Source: Octopus sinensis (Eukaryota). Taken from it: a stretch of DNA of 64,000 nucleotides. Position 1 is the first letter of the stretch. Every line of letters begins with the position of its first letter. The notes below the pieces were generated by a model, which had not been told where the DNA came from, searched no databases, and saw only the letters and a list, made by a program, of their open reading frames with translations. Both the position numbers and the translations under genes were made by a program. The DNA lies in NCBI RefSeq assembly GCF_006345805.1, contig NC_042997.1:90148001-90212000 (forward strand), given 5' to 3'. Shown here piece after piece: positions 1 through 13,559 of the stretch.

Positions 1-569
1 AGGTAATTTTTAGCAAAGTCTACTCTACTGCAAGCATTTGGGCCATGTCTCTGGTCTGAGCATAACATCCACCCTTTCTATCATCAGTTTTGGGGGCCCT
101 GCAAACAACTTGGGCATTGCCCTTCCTTCTTCAAAACAAACAAACAAAAAAACAAGATAACAAAAATCAGTCAAAAAGATAAATTGCAAGAGGGCTGCAA
201 ATGAGATTGAACTCATTTCCTCTGATTTATACATGCACACACACACACACACACACAAGAAGTATAAAGACATTTGTTGTTTAGCCCTTTAGCATTCAGG
301 TTACTCTGTCAAATGTAATGCTTATTTATTCATATTGTTTTGAATTAATCATGCATTATCACATAGTTTTATGATTTCAATAATGTGGTTGCTTATTTTT
401 AGAATGACATTGCACAGGGTAGGTGTGAGAGGCTAGATATGCCCAGTTTGAACAAAAAACAAGTAGCATATTTGGGCCAGATATGACTGCTTTAAATGCT
501 AAAGGGTTAGATATCACTGAAGGTTTCATCTTTTAATAGTGATTCTTGGTAACATTCTACACACTAGCA

Positions 570-720
570 GGCATGGCTGTGTGGTTAAGAAGCTCACTTT
601 GCGACCAAGTGGTTTTGAGTTCAGTCCCGCTGTGCGGCACACTGAACAAGTATCTTCTACTATAGACCAGGGCCAATGAGTGCCTTGTGAGTGAATCTAG
701 GAACTGTGTGAAAGCCTCTA
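570..720 (+). mobile_element. SINE-like interspersed repeat copy; the family recurs throughout the window (e.g. ~10.7, 14.3, 25.5, 40.4, 42.8 kb)
   Basis: Motif ggctgtgtggttaagaag...ttcagtccc..tg.g.ggcac....g.caag..tcttctactatag recurs many times in both orientations; boundaries approximate. Confidence 0.75.
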
Positions 721-804
721 AAAATAAACTATTACATTGTTGAAATATTGAAATTACAAGATGGTTAATTCAAAACAATGTGAATAAATAAGATTACATT
801 TGAT

Positions 805-1064
805 CAGGGCTGTGGAGTTGAAACAAAAAACTTCAACTCTGACTCCGACTCCGGTACTATTGGCACCTCCGACTTTGACTCCTCTTTATGTAATTAAGTG
901 ATTGTGGTCTACATACCTCAAAGCATATGCATATGCTTGTACTTTGATGTTATAACCAGTTTATATTAAAGAATAAAGACATTGTGAGTCAGAATCAGAG
1001 TCAGCATAGTTTTACCAACTCTAGCTACCCCTTAATTGTTTCTGACTCTGACTCCACAGCCCTG
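805..1064. mobile_element. hAT-type MITE
   Basis: TIR cagggctgtggagt / actccacagccctg; subterminal gactcc/gagtca hexamer repeats; flanks catttgat / catttaaa look like a degenerate 8-bp TSD (6/8 match). Confidence 0.7.
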
Positions 1065-2906
1065 CATTTAAAGAAAAAAAGAGGACTGGCTTGATTTGTA
1101 TGACAAAACCCTTTCAGATGGTTTTGGACTGTGGCCATGCTGGGGCACTGCCGTGAAGGCTTTTAGTTGAATGAATCAATCCCACTACTATTTTTGCTTT
1201 TAAGGTTGGTACCTACTCTATTGGTTTCTTATGCTGAACCACTAAGTTGCAGGGATGTGAACAAATCAACAACAGTTGTCAAGTAGTGGTGAGGGACAAA
1301 CAGAAACACTAATATATAAATGCGCACACATGTATATATACACACACACACTCTGAATGAAGCCCATCACACATATATAGCTATATATAATGGACTTTGT
1401 TCAGTTTCCCCCTACCAAATCTACTCACAAGGCTTTGGTTGATCCAGTGCTGCAGTAGAAGGCACTTGCTCAAGATGCCATACAGTGGGACTGAACCGAA
1501 AACCATGGGGTTGGGAAGCAAACTTGTTACCACACAGCCATACCTGCACCTATGTTAATTTGAATATGTTGCTAACTTAAGTTAACAACAGTCCCCCAGT
1601 ATGTTGCTAAGGTATACTGTAGGATACAATAGGTATTTATAAAGGTATGCTACAAATAATGCATATAAGGTATACTAAAGACCCCCTTTGGTCATGAATG
1701 ACCATGGGATTGCACCAAGAAAGTTCCCCTCCAAGGCATAAGTCTGGGCAAGGTTGTTTATTGAAGACCAGTAGTCGCCCATGCATACCAGCCTCCCCTC
1801 TCCATGCCAATGATGCTATCCAAGGGAAAAGCAAAGGAAGCTACAGCTTGGCACCAGTGATGTCACAACTTATTTCTGTAACTGAGTGAACTGGAGCAAT
1901 GTGAAATAAAATGTCTTGCTCAAGAACACAACACACAGCTTGGTCTGGGAATCAAACTCACTACCTCATGATTGTGAGCCTGACATTCTAACCACTGAAC
2001 CATATGGAATATACAGTAGTTCAGAGAATAGTATAAGGAAATCTCTAATATGTATCTAATATGGTATTCATTTGTTCATTGATGTGTGACACAATATGAG
2101 TATGTTATCAGTATGTAGGTAAGAGAAGGTTACCACCATAACATAGCTTTAGAGCTTGCTGCCAGTCTTTCCAAAAAAAGATTAAAAGTTTCATTTAGAG
2201 TTTTTCCATAATTGATTATTTCACATATTTTTCCACGTGTCTCAACCAATTAGAAACCACTGCAGATGTTCAATATCATAATAACAATAGTGAAAAAATC
2301 TCAGTACCCATTTCCCATTGATAATCAATCAATAAAAATTAATCACGCAGGATTATGACACATTCCTTGTATCAAGGCAGACTACTTGGGAGAGAAAAAT
2401 CAGAGAGAAGGAAAGAAAGGTGAAGAAAGGGAGGATAAATGTTTTAGAAAACTGGTGAGATTTTCTCATTGAGAAAGAAAATGGATGTACTGGGCAGTGT
2501 GCAAAGTAAAGGCCTACACATTTCAAAAGTGAGTTCACAAGATATGCAAGGGTGTTCTATTTCACACAAGCTGATCGTTAGAAAAACTAAAACTAAAAGA
2601 GCAGCAACGAGATTGGACATTCAATTCAAAGTGAGCTAAGCTGACAAGTTGGCATTCTTAGAAACTGCAAAGAAATGCTAAATCAAAATTTGGCACCATT
2701 AATTGTGGAATCTGTTTCATTATTGCATCGGTTTGGTGATTTCTCATCAAACTGACGATTCTGTCACTTGGAGTTTTTGTTAATTCCATCTCACTTAATG
2801 AGTATTTTACACTTTGCACACTTTTATTCTGACACATTAACACTTTGCTTAACTGGAATTTCTCAATGCTTAATGTTAAGAAGTTCGCTAGTTATGGTAC
2901 ACTAAC

Positions 2907-2939
2907 TTATTGGCTCCATTCTTTAAGTAATTCCCTCAG
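2907..2939 (-). CDS. Candidate terminal coding exon of an unidentified host gene (LRELLKEWSQ*)
   Basis: Long pyrimidine tract (complement of the purine run at 2985-3040), then ttaactgcttag acceptor and a short open frame ending in TAA; no homology support. Confidence 0.25.
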   Translation of the reverse strand: MRELLKEWSQ

Positions 2940-5904
2940 CTAAGCAGTTAAAGAACTCAAAAATTACAGAGCAGGTAGCAAAGTAAGAGGGGCAGGAAGA
3001 GTGGAAGAAGAAGAAGTAGGAAGAGAGAAAGAAAATAATAAAGTTTACAATTCTATTCAATATGGCGGGAAAGTAATTAACATTAGTTTGATATTCTCAG
3101 AGACTTGTTGCGTATATTCCAGCTGATGGGGACTTGCAGAACTGAGATTAAAAATACCGAGCTACTACTTCTTTATCATACAATTAGATAGATTGTTGGA
3201 AGTTTTTTTTACACTTTTATTTTTCTTGAAAGAAGGGGTTGATCACCTAAGTTCTCATAAGGTGATATAAATCATGAATTTAGATATTTTGTGATATCAG
3301 CAAATGACATGGTAACTTGTCTTAGACAAATGTCAAGGGGAACAGACTCAGGTAAATGCTATAGAGAGTTGACATGGCCACAGAGCATTGAAGTCTGAGG
3401 TAGAGTTGATACAAATTGGTGACTATGCAGATACTAGTTTGACTTTTTTTTTTTTCTGCACTGGAAATAACCAAATCAGATTTAGAGGCCTCTTTAAGTT
3501 TTTATTTAGGTGAATAAGTGAGTGCCCAAACATTTAAGAACTCCTGAAATGAATAAATGAATTGTCTATATACATAGCTAAATGTTGAAAAAGAAAAAAC
3601 AAAAACAAACTATGCTCACATACATGAGCTGCATATATTAGATATACACAAACACATCATAGGTGCATATGTTTAAAACATGGTTATATACTCACACAGA
3701 ATATCCCATCATACACACCATAAACAAAACACACATAATCATACATTTGCCAGTGCAGAAAAATGGAGATATACAAACCATTACAAATACATAGACTTGA
3801 ATATACTACACACATAGACAGACATACACAGGCTAGTGTTCACATAAATATCTACTTAGAAAATAAATATACATAGACACATATAACAAGTCTATTTACA
3901 GAAAAGGTATATGTATACACATTGCCATGCATACACATCTGCTTACAGAATGAATATACAAACACTAGCATATACATGTGGCCTAGTGGTGTGGGTAGAA
4001 CTAATAGAATAGGAACTAATTGATTGTTCAGATCTTAATAAGGTATGGTGCAACTAAGAAATGAAATTAAAAGTTGTTGACCATATTCTACACAATGCAA
4101 AATTTCATTGTAAATTATAATATTGCAATATTCCTACATCAGGAATAGTGATTACTCATATTCTAAACAACATCCAAAATAAGGTTGCCCATGTATTTGG
4201 TCATTCAAATTGAGAGAAATAGCAGATAAATCTTCCCAATACCTCACCCTAGTTTCTTAAAAAGAGGAAGAACACATTTGATATAGTAGTCCTAGATACA
4301 ATATGTGTGAAATAAAACAAAAAGGATAGTTACCACTGAAATGCTTTTGGACAAGACCAAAGAAGGTCCAGATCACGTGATCTGATGGTCTTGACACTGG
4401 AGATGGCAGGGATTTATCTCCCCACTAGCGATATAAACAAGAGTCCATTCTGCATCAAAAGCCAATATGAGAGTTGCTCTCATGGTATCTACTGCAGTAT
4501 AGTTTGTTCTAACAGAGCATTCATGTTTAAGTGGGGATAAACATTACCTACTGGATTAAGGCTGATCTGAAGATAAACAAAGTTACCACCAGTCTTGATG
4601 GTACCAGAAAAGTTATGGATTGGCTCATCCAGCCTTGAATGAATAGTATAAAAGAGAAAATGTTCTCTGCCAAAGACAGTTTGGTTAGTACTTTTGGTAT
4701 GATATAAATTCAGTAAAATGTTTTTAGGTACTATCAATACATCCATAATTTACTTGGCCACAGAACTAATTTACAGGTAAATGCATTGCATCTTACATAT
4801 TAGCAATTATGGAAGGTGCTAAGGTTTCTCAGCAAGGAGATATCAAGGATATAATTATATTTGACAGGTTACTCCATTTACTTCAGGGACCTTTATCTTT
4901 ATCCATGCAACTCTACAGTTACTGACAACAATGTGTAATATACCTGTTCCAATAGTAAACCAGTTTTCAAAGAGTTAAACCCTGCATGTTATAAACAGTT
5001 ACTGGAAGCTCTGTGAAATGGCTCTTAAAGCAAGATTAGCTAGAATATCATTTTGTTAATATGTTCAACTATTCAAAGAGTTACACATTATTTCTTGTCT
5101 TTTACTTGTTTCAGTCATAGAATTGTGGTCATGCTGGGGTACTGGCATGAAGGGTTACACAGAACAAATCAATTCCTGTACTTACTGTTTTAAGTCTAGT
5201 ACTTATTCTGTTGCTCTCTTTTGCTGAACCACGAAGTTATGGGGGACATCAGCAAACCAACACCAGTTGTCTAGTATTGTGGAGGAGGGACAAAGACTCA
5301 CACACATGCACAATGGGTTTCTACACAGTTTCCATCTACCAAATTCACTCACAAAGTATTGGTTGGCTCAAGACTCTGGTAGAAGACACTTGCCCAAGGA
5401 ATCACACAGTTGAACTGAACCCAAAACCATATAGTTGCAAAGCAAGTTTCTTACCACACAGTTATGCCAGTGAAGCTACTTTTGATAATTTCATGCAGGG
5501 TTTTATTTATGAGCACTTCAGCATCATAACTAATTTAATAGCATGGCTTAATCACTATTTATACTACAAGTATTTGTAGAAGGAAAAAAACTTAAAGAAA
5601 CAGGATGTTGTCATGCAAGAAACAAATGCTGATCCATCTAGATTTTATTGAATGCTCAGTAAGATACAATCTTGTAGAATTCACTTTTCTAGCTCATGAA
5701 GTTGACAAATTAAGTACTAGGCAAATTAGTGTAGGTGATATAATCAGCCAAAAAATTTTTTATGGCAGTGCTCCAGCATGACTGCCTAATTTCAGTTTAA
5801 TGATTAAAACTTGTAAAAATGTAGAAAAGTAAAGAATACATGCATGTACTGAGTTTTTTTCAAATGTATTAACATGTACACTCATCATGGTGATGATGGC
5901 ATTT

Positions 5905-5945
<41 letters not shown>

Positions 5946-5998
5946 CACACACATATATATATATATGCATATACACATTTTCACATCCCTAAATAGGA

Positions 5999-6059
<61 letters not shown>

Positions 6060-6061
<2 letters not shown>

Positions 6062-6395
6062 GTTATAATTTAGAACAAACAGTAAAAGGTTGTCATTATA
6101 GTACTCAGAGTTTCGAATGTTGGAGTGAAGAGCTACGACACATTACTTGTTGGCTATTAATGGCAACAGACGCTATGAAAAAAGAAACGTTAAATAAAAG
6201 GGGAGTAACTCTAATAGATGGCAAAAGAAAAAAGATAAAAAATACACGCATCCATATTCTCACAATACATAGGCAAAAACCTCCTGCTTTACAATGTCTA
6301 TATATGTACATACTCACACAAACATGTATACGTACATGTACACACACACACAAACATATGTATGTACTCATATATATACATATATCCACACACAC

Positions 6396-6452
<57 letters not shown>

Positions 6453-7075
6453 CAACCTCATCCTCATATGCACATAGTTGCTTACATGCATACACAACAT
6501 AATACACATATATTTAGACATTTATACGTATATATATATATATATATATATATACAGACATACATTCGCAGTCCTGCATACACACACACACACATATACA
6601 TACTCTCCCATCTCACACCTACACCCATACATATACAAACATATGCATATCCGTATAAATGAAGGGAGCGTGTGCATGAAAGTCGCATATATGCACCGGA
6701 CACAGTCTTACATTCATATACATACATATACACACGCACATACACACTCACACAATTAAAAAGGGAAAATATATATGAAAAATAAAATAAAAAATAAAAA
6801 AATAATGGAAGTTAAAACATGGAAAAGCTTGTGCAGGAACAAAGTAGAAATGTGGATTCTAGCCATGATCTTGGGTGGCCCAAAACCGTAACAGGTATTT
6901 TGTGACATATGGACATGATCGAAAAAGTTCAGTTTTTGAATTTAAACATGCAGGAACTTTTCCAGATGAGACATCTTTCCATATTACAAAGACCATACTT
7001 GCCACTATAGCTGGTATGAGGTGTACACTTGGCTAAGACTTTCCAGTAAATCTTATAGTTGACACACAGGTATGT
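6060..7075 (-). mobile_element. 3' fragment of a Penelope-like (Naiad-type) element: ORF C-terminus plus 3' UTR ending at (TA)n
   Basis: Minus strand ~7070-6880 reads NYKIYWKVLAKCTPHTSYSGKYGLCNMERCLI...ELFRSCPYVTKYLL (one frameshift), like the PLE C-terminus at 35253-35546; hammerhead-like motif ~40 nt from the (TA)n end, same layout as the 34-37 kb element. Confidence 0.55.
6098..6157 (-). ncRNA. Eroded minimal hammerhead ribozyme
   Basis: atag-CCAACAA-g(t)aatgt...acattc-GAAAC-tctgagt-A-ctat: stems I, II and palindromic stem III (ACTCTGAGT) are kept, but the core is mutated from CUGANGA. Confidence 0.4.
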
Positions 7076-7589
7076 GGATGCAAACAGGAAAAATAGAACT
7101 CAAAATATGAATATATAAAGAAAGTGCTGGAGGAAGTTCACATGCACACAGGACCTGCCTAAAGGCTGACTACTACTAGACTGTCATCATCATCATCATT
7201 GGTTAAAGTCTGGTCTCCATGTTGGCATGGGTTGGATGGTCTGACATGGAGCTGGCTAGTTGGGAACTGTCCAGACCCCAACTGTCTGTTGTGGCTTGGC
7301 TTTTACAGCTGGATGCCCTTTCTAACACCAACCACCTAACAGAGTGTGGTGGGTGCTTTTTATGTCACCGTGCAGCACTGGTTCAGGTGTATTAAGGCAG
7401 CACTGGCACAGCTGCTTTTTAAGTGGCACCAGCACCTGAAAGGACAAACCTGTATGTATGGAAAATTGATTTTATTTAGCATGATGGCGGTGCCCCAGCA
7501 TGGCCACAGCTCGTGAGCTGAAACTAGATAAAATAAAATAAATAAATAAATGTGTCTTATCAGGTACAGCAAATCGCCACATCTAGTCC

Positions 7590-7740
7590 CTTGTCATTTC
7601 CTTAGTGAGGCCCAGTGTCCGATGATACTTTCTCACCACTTCATTCCATGTCTTCCTGGGTCTCCCCCTTCCATAGGTACCCTCCACAATGAGAGCTTAG
7701 TACTTCTTTATGCAGCTGTCCTCATCACATGACCAAACCA
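7590..7740 (-). mobile_element. RTE-type LINE 3' ORF2 fragment
   Basis: Minus strand encodes a WFGH...GRPRKTW-like segment (tggtttggtcat...gggagacccaggaagacatgg). Confidence 0.55.
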
Positions 7741-8298
7741 GAACAATTTTTTCTCTTGGACACAATATCTAAATTTATATACACACATACATTCAGTATA
7801 TCATCATATCACCAGCTACTGTTCCCTACTTGCATGGCTAAGATGGAATTCATTCAGGTAGATTTTCTCTGACTGAATGCCCTTCCTATCACCAACCTAC
7901 TCCATTTCCAAACAAGGATTTATTTCCATACACCTGGACATGTTTTCACAGAAGATTGGGAATGGACGGCACCAGATGCATAACTGGCAATTATTTATTA
8001 CAAGTATCATGTGATTTCAAGACAAGGTGACATAGACACACCTATATAGATAATACAATGGGCTTCTTTCAGTTTCTTTCAACCAAATCCATTCACAAGA
8101 TTATGGTTAACCTGAGGCTGTGATCAAACTGTCCTATAGCAGGATTGAACTTGAGATTATGTGGTTGGGAAGCAAACTTTTGAACCATAATCTATGCCTG
8201 CTGGTACACACACACACATATAAAAACACACAATCATACATTAATAGATGCATACATATATACATGCATATACACACAGAGACTCATACATTCACAGG

Positions 8299-8373
<75 letters not shown>

Positions 8374-8452
8374 ATTTATATACATACATACACACATCCA
8401 TACAAATTTATGCATGTATGCTTATATATGAATATATGCATAGATATACATA

Positions 8453-8484
<32 letters not shown>

Positions 8485-8695
8485 GTATACTTATATATAC
8501 TTGTGTGTATACACACACACTCACATATATATATAATCTACAATGAATCTAAGTATATGAAGATGCATGTATGTATAAGAGTGTGCGATAAGTGCATATT
8601 AAAAATGGATGTATATATGAAAGTGCACATACATACGTACATGTATATATATAGATATATATACATATACATATATATATTCATATATATATGTA

Positions 8696-8730
<35 letters not shown>

Positions 8731-8859
8731 GGGTGGGGGGGCAATAATATGCATATCGCAGTGAAAAGGTGGTAAGTTTTATTAATGAAAAATTCTTTCT
8801 ATATGCAGTGAAATTCACTGTCTATTAATTAGTTAAGGTGATTTGTCATAGCACAGTGA

Positions 8860-9960
8860 AGTTGGCATAGTGTTGTGGTTATATGGTGGTGGTATAAGGT
8901 GTACAGTGGTTGTGGTGGTGTTGGCGATTAATAGTGATGGCGGCAGTGTCGGAGTGTTTGCGTGCTGATGGTGTTGGTGGTGTCGGTGTACAGAGCAGAG
9001 TGTTGAAGATGTAGTATTGATGGTGTGGCAAGGGGGTGTGGAGTGAATGTTATGGAAGGTATAGAACGGTGGCGTTGAGGCATTGTGGTGTTGTGATGGT
9101 GCGATCTGATGTGGTGTGGTGTGGTGTGGTGTTGGATGTGTATAAAGCAGAGTTGGGTGTAAAGCAATGGTGATGGTTGTGTGTGTGTGTGTGTTGGGAG
9201 GAGGGTGAGTGGAGGGGAAAGAGGAGTCGATGGTTGTGGTCGGGTAGGTGGAGGAGAAGGTGGAAGTAGTTATCAGGAGTGGGGCGGGGCATGTATTGTG
9301 TGAGGGTGCAGAATAAGTGGAATGGCGGTGGTGGTGGTGAATACAGAGCTGTGGTGGTGGTGTGTGTGGGGAGGGCATTTGAGCTGGAGAATGTTTACTG
9401 GTTTGTTTGTAGTCCACTAAGAGGAAAGAGTGAGAAAAACGAGGTAGTGGGAGGAGAGAGAAGGGAGAGGGAAAGAGAGGGAGAGGGAAGGAGAGGAGAG
9501 AGAGACAGGGGAGAGAAGGGAGAGGGAAAGAGAGGGAGAGGGAAGGAGAGGAGAGAGAGACAGGGGAGGGAAGTGTGAGGGAGGAGAGAGAGAGGGAAGG
9601 AGGAAAGCCAGAGGGGACAGAGGGGAGTGAGAAGAGAGAGAGAGAGAGGGGAGGAGGGAGGAAGGAGATGAAGAGAGAGGGGGAAGAGGAAATAAAGAGA
9701 GGGAGAGGGGAAAGAGGAAATAGAGAGAGGGTGGGAGAGAAAGAGAGAGGAGATGAGAAGGAAAGGAAGGAGAGAGAAAAAGTAGTAAATGAAAGAGATG
9801 GAGATAGTAAGTGTTTGTATGAGAGAGAGAGAAGAGGAGCAGAGAGAGGCAGAGAAGAAAGAAACAGAATGATTGTTGTTGAAAGAGTAAAGGAAAAGAA
9901 TGAAAGAAATGAGGATACAGTGATAGATAAAGGGAGAGAGTGTATGCATCTGTGAGGAAG
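8860..9960. repeat. Low-complexity (GGT/GT)-rich then (GA)-rich tract
   Basis: Visible strand-skewed simple repeats; the ORFs here are compositional artefacts. Confidence 0.85.
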
Positions 9961-12481
9961 AGATGCTAGAAGAATGAAAGTGGAATGATTAGAAGAAAGT
10001 GTGTAAGTGATTGCTTATGATGCTTGTGTGTGTATGTGAGTGCATAGATGCATAAGTCTTTTGTGTGTGTGTGTGTGAATTTCTGCAATTTGAAAATTGA
10101 AATTAAAATCAAAGCTGACTACCATAAACATCGACACCCATACCACACTATCTTGACAACAACAGCCACATTTATAATAAAAAAACAAAAAAAAAAAAGA
10201 AATCTAAAAATAAATAAATAAATAAATAATATATGCAGAACTAACGATTTTTCAGAAAAGTGCTTTGTTTTTCTTTTCTTTACATCTCACCCCTACAACA
10301 ACCATAACCATCACCACAGTAGTAACTATCATCACCAACTCATCAATGATGGAGGACTATTTCCATTGTTAGTACAACCATTGCGAATACAGTCATGCCC
10401 ACCAACCACTACAACACATTGCCACTATGATGTAACTACCACAACCACTACAACAATTACCAAAACAATTACTGCAACCATCACTACAATACACTACTGC
10501 CGACTAGATATTATCTCCATCACCACCATCCTCATAATCACATCTTTCAGATTTTAGAACCATCCTATTGTCCTTCTTCAGATGTTTCCCTAGGAATTAT
10601 TACTGTTGTCATTGCTGTTGTTGCTGTTTAGCCCAAGGTCAGGCATGATCAAGAAGATCTATAATCAAAGATGTTTCAGCTGCGACCATCTGTTTTATTT
10701 TTTAAAACTAAGACAAGTGCAGGTGTGGTTGTGTGGTTAAGAAGTTTGCTTCCCAACCACATGGTTTTGGGTTCAGTCTTCTACTATAGCCTTAGGCTGA
10801 CTAAAACCTTATGGGTGGATTTGATAGGTGGAAATTGAAAAAGCTCGTCATGTGTATGTGTGTGTGTATGAGAGGGAGAGTGTGTAAGTGTATGTTTGTC
10901 TACTCTGGTCATAAACATACACTTAAGGCTATAGTAGAAGACACTTACTCAAGGTGTCATGCAGTGGAACTGAACTCAAAACTATGTGGTTTGTAAGTAA
11001 ATGTCTAAACCACATAGCCATCCCTGCACCTAAAAAGAGTTAAAATTATTTTAATAAACCTCTCTAAATTCTTCATTATTTTTTAACATTTTAGCTATCT
11101 ATTCTTGCTAAAATGGGTAAACAGGGTAACTTGAGGGTATGCCCTGACAGATCTTCACCACCAACTTGTCTCTGCTTATGGGAATAATTATGTATCACTA
11201 CAACAGCATAACAGCTGTTCCTGTCTCTCTATTATATGTTAACCTCTCATGATCTATCACAAAGTTACCTCCCTCAATACTACACCCCACTTCAGTTGAG
11301 GGATCATATCTTACAAGTTATTTGGTGATTTTACCAGTGCTGGTGCCACATAAAAAACGCACCAAGTACACTCTGTAAAGTACTTGACTGTAGAAATTGT
11401 ACCAAAGCAGATAACAGCATTTGGCACAGTCCTCTGGCTTGCCAGATCTCATTGAACCATCCAATCCATGCCAGCATGGAGAAACAGACATTAAATGATG
11501 GTTTCAATGTATTTCCTTTGCGTACTTCATTGGCAAGAGTCTTGATGTGAAACAGATTTTGTTATACTTTGTGGGGTAATTTTTGCCAATGAAAACACAC
11601 AAACTGATTATATTTCATTTCTTTTTATTATTATTAATTTGCTAATTAAACAAATTAACTAATTGAATGTATGACCAATTGATCATTCAATTAGTTGGTT
11701 TGTCAAAGCCCTTTCATGTCTTGTGCAACTTCATCAATGACAGAGAAAACAACAAATCTAGTTTCGGAACTACTTGGAGCAGGTGAGGATATGTCATTGA
11801 TGAGGTCATAGATGACAATGAAACAACTTGACAGATCAACAAACTTATTGATCAAATAACTGATCAAGTAATTGGTAAGTTGATTGATAAATTAGTCAAC
11901 TAATAACACTATGTAACAAAATTTTTATTTATTTGTTTTTGTTTTTGTTCAGTAAGTGTTATTTCCTATCTGTTTCTATCTAGAAATCAAAGGAAATGAC
12001 TACTATTCTTCAAACTTTGTTTTTGTAACCTGGACATCAATATTTTGAAACTGACCTATTTTCCATTACATTTCAGACAGATTCAGTGCTGAGTTGCTGA
12101 AGCAGAAATATCATTATAGCAAATATTCTGCTCTGTACCACAGATTTGCTTGATCTTAACCACTTGAACATGTCCATTAGTGGCTGACAGTGACCACTTG
12201 AGCATATCAGTTAGTGGCTGACAATATGTACACATGAGCAGAAGTAGTGGGGGAGCATCATAGCCATGTGTTGAGAGGAATTCTTTGGAGTTTGAATAAA
12301 TATAACAAAAGCAAAGTCAGAAGGAAATACTAGCCATTTTTCATATACTCCAGGAGTAAGCAAATAGGAAATAACAGTTGCTACCCAAGGACAAAAATCG
12401 TGTTACAGTGTGATAATACAAAACAGTAAAATGGGCCTAGTGCAGATCATGAATCTTAAATGTTTGATAAAGTTGACTTAC

Positions 12482-12703
12482 CATGAGTTCTTCCAATACC
12501 CTTCTCAATTTCATTTCTGTATTTCTCAGATATATAGGTGGAAGTAATTTCTGCAGATGTAATATCTTTGTTTTCATCTATCTGATGTACATAACTGTTA
12601 TTTTGAAGATCACCTCCATCACTGTTATCAGACAGGTGGTTGTTATTAGGCAGAGTGTGGTAGAATTGTTTTGATCGTGGCACTAATGTAAAACGCTGTC
12701 TAT
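12482..12703 (-). CDS. Probable internal coding exon (222 bp, phase 1-1) of an unidentified host gene
   Basis: Acceptor ttgttcttattcttcag| and donor |gtaagt; only one frame is open: RQRFTLVPRSKQFYHTLPNNNHLSDNSDGGDLQNNSYVHQIDENKDITSAEITSTYISEKYRNEIEKGIGRTH; unique non-repetitive sequence. Confidence 0.5.
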
Positions 12704-13437
12704 CTGAAGAATAAGAACAATAACAAGAAATAGGAGATAATACTAATTTGTTCTGTAATAATTAGGACAGTGAGTTAACAGATTGAATATATTCACATTT
12801 GTGATCTTGCTTGAAAATTAATAAGTCAGCCTCAGCACTAGAGTACTAATAGAATGTACCATACCCAAAATTTGGGGCCTTATGTCTGTTAAAAATCATT
12901 ATTATTTTTATCTGAGACTACAATTTGGTTACAATTCTCAGATGAAGTAATTTGACTTTATTTACCAATTTCGGAATGCCACAGTGCTAAATTTACTCAT
13001 GCATAAGATATATTGTTCCTCTGTTACTACTTCATGAAGGTGCATGGCTCAGTAGTTAAAGTGTCAGGCTCACAAACATGAGGTGAGTTCAATTCCTGGA
13101 CTGGACTATGTGTTGTGTTCTTGAGCAAGACACATTATTTCATGTTGCTTCAGTTCACTCAGATACAGAAATAAATTTCCCAGGTGCAATCCCATGGTCA
13201 TTCGTAACTAAAAGGGGTCATTACCCTTTTTTTTAAATCACTACTTCAAAATTAGACTACTTTAAAAATATTATTCACTAAGTAGCAGATTTATCTCCCA
13301 ACTGCTGGATTATCTTGTTATTTCAATGAATGAGGGTTCAGCAAGATACAAAAGCACTGCATGAAAGTGTAGGTGCCGGTGTCTTGGTTTGCTGAACAAC
13401 CTTCACAATGAATATTACTATAATGAGCATGGTTTAC

Positions 13438-13559
13438 CCAGAGCCAGTCCAACTCTCTTTTCTTTCAAACTTATATTGGTCTGGTGCAACAAGTGCCACA
13501 AGCCCAGTGGTTATTGAGATGCAGGATTTGTATAGACTTATCTTCTCTTTGATGAGCAG
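13438..13559 (-). CDS. Candidate coding exon (122 bp)
   Basis: Acceptor ttagttctttag| and donor |gtaaac; open frame LLIKEKISLYKSCISITTGLVALVAPDQYKFERKESWTGS; phase 0-2, so it does not join the 12.7-kb exon directly. Confidence 0.3.

Noticed and set aside
4700-4900. HCILH-like motif suggesting a hAT transposase relic
   Set aside because: Too short and frameshifted; no other motifs or TIRs found
8833-9955. Long T/P/H-rich and R/E-rich ORFs
   Set aside because: Arise from low-complexity GGT- and GA-rich DNA that lacks stop codons by composition
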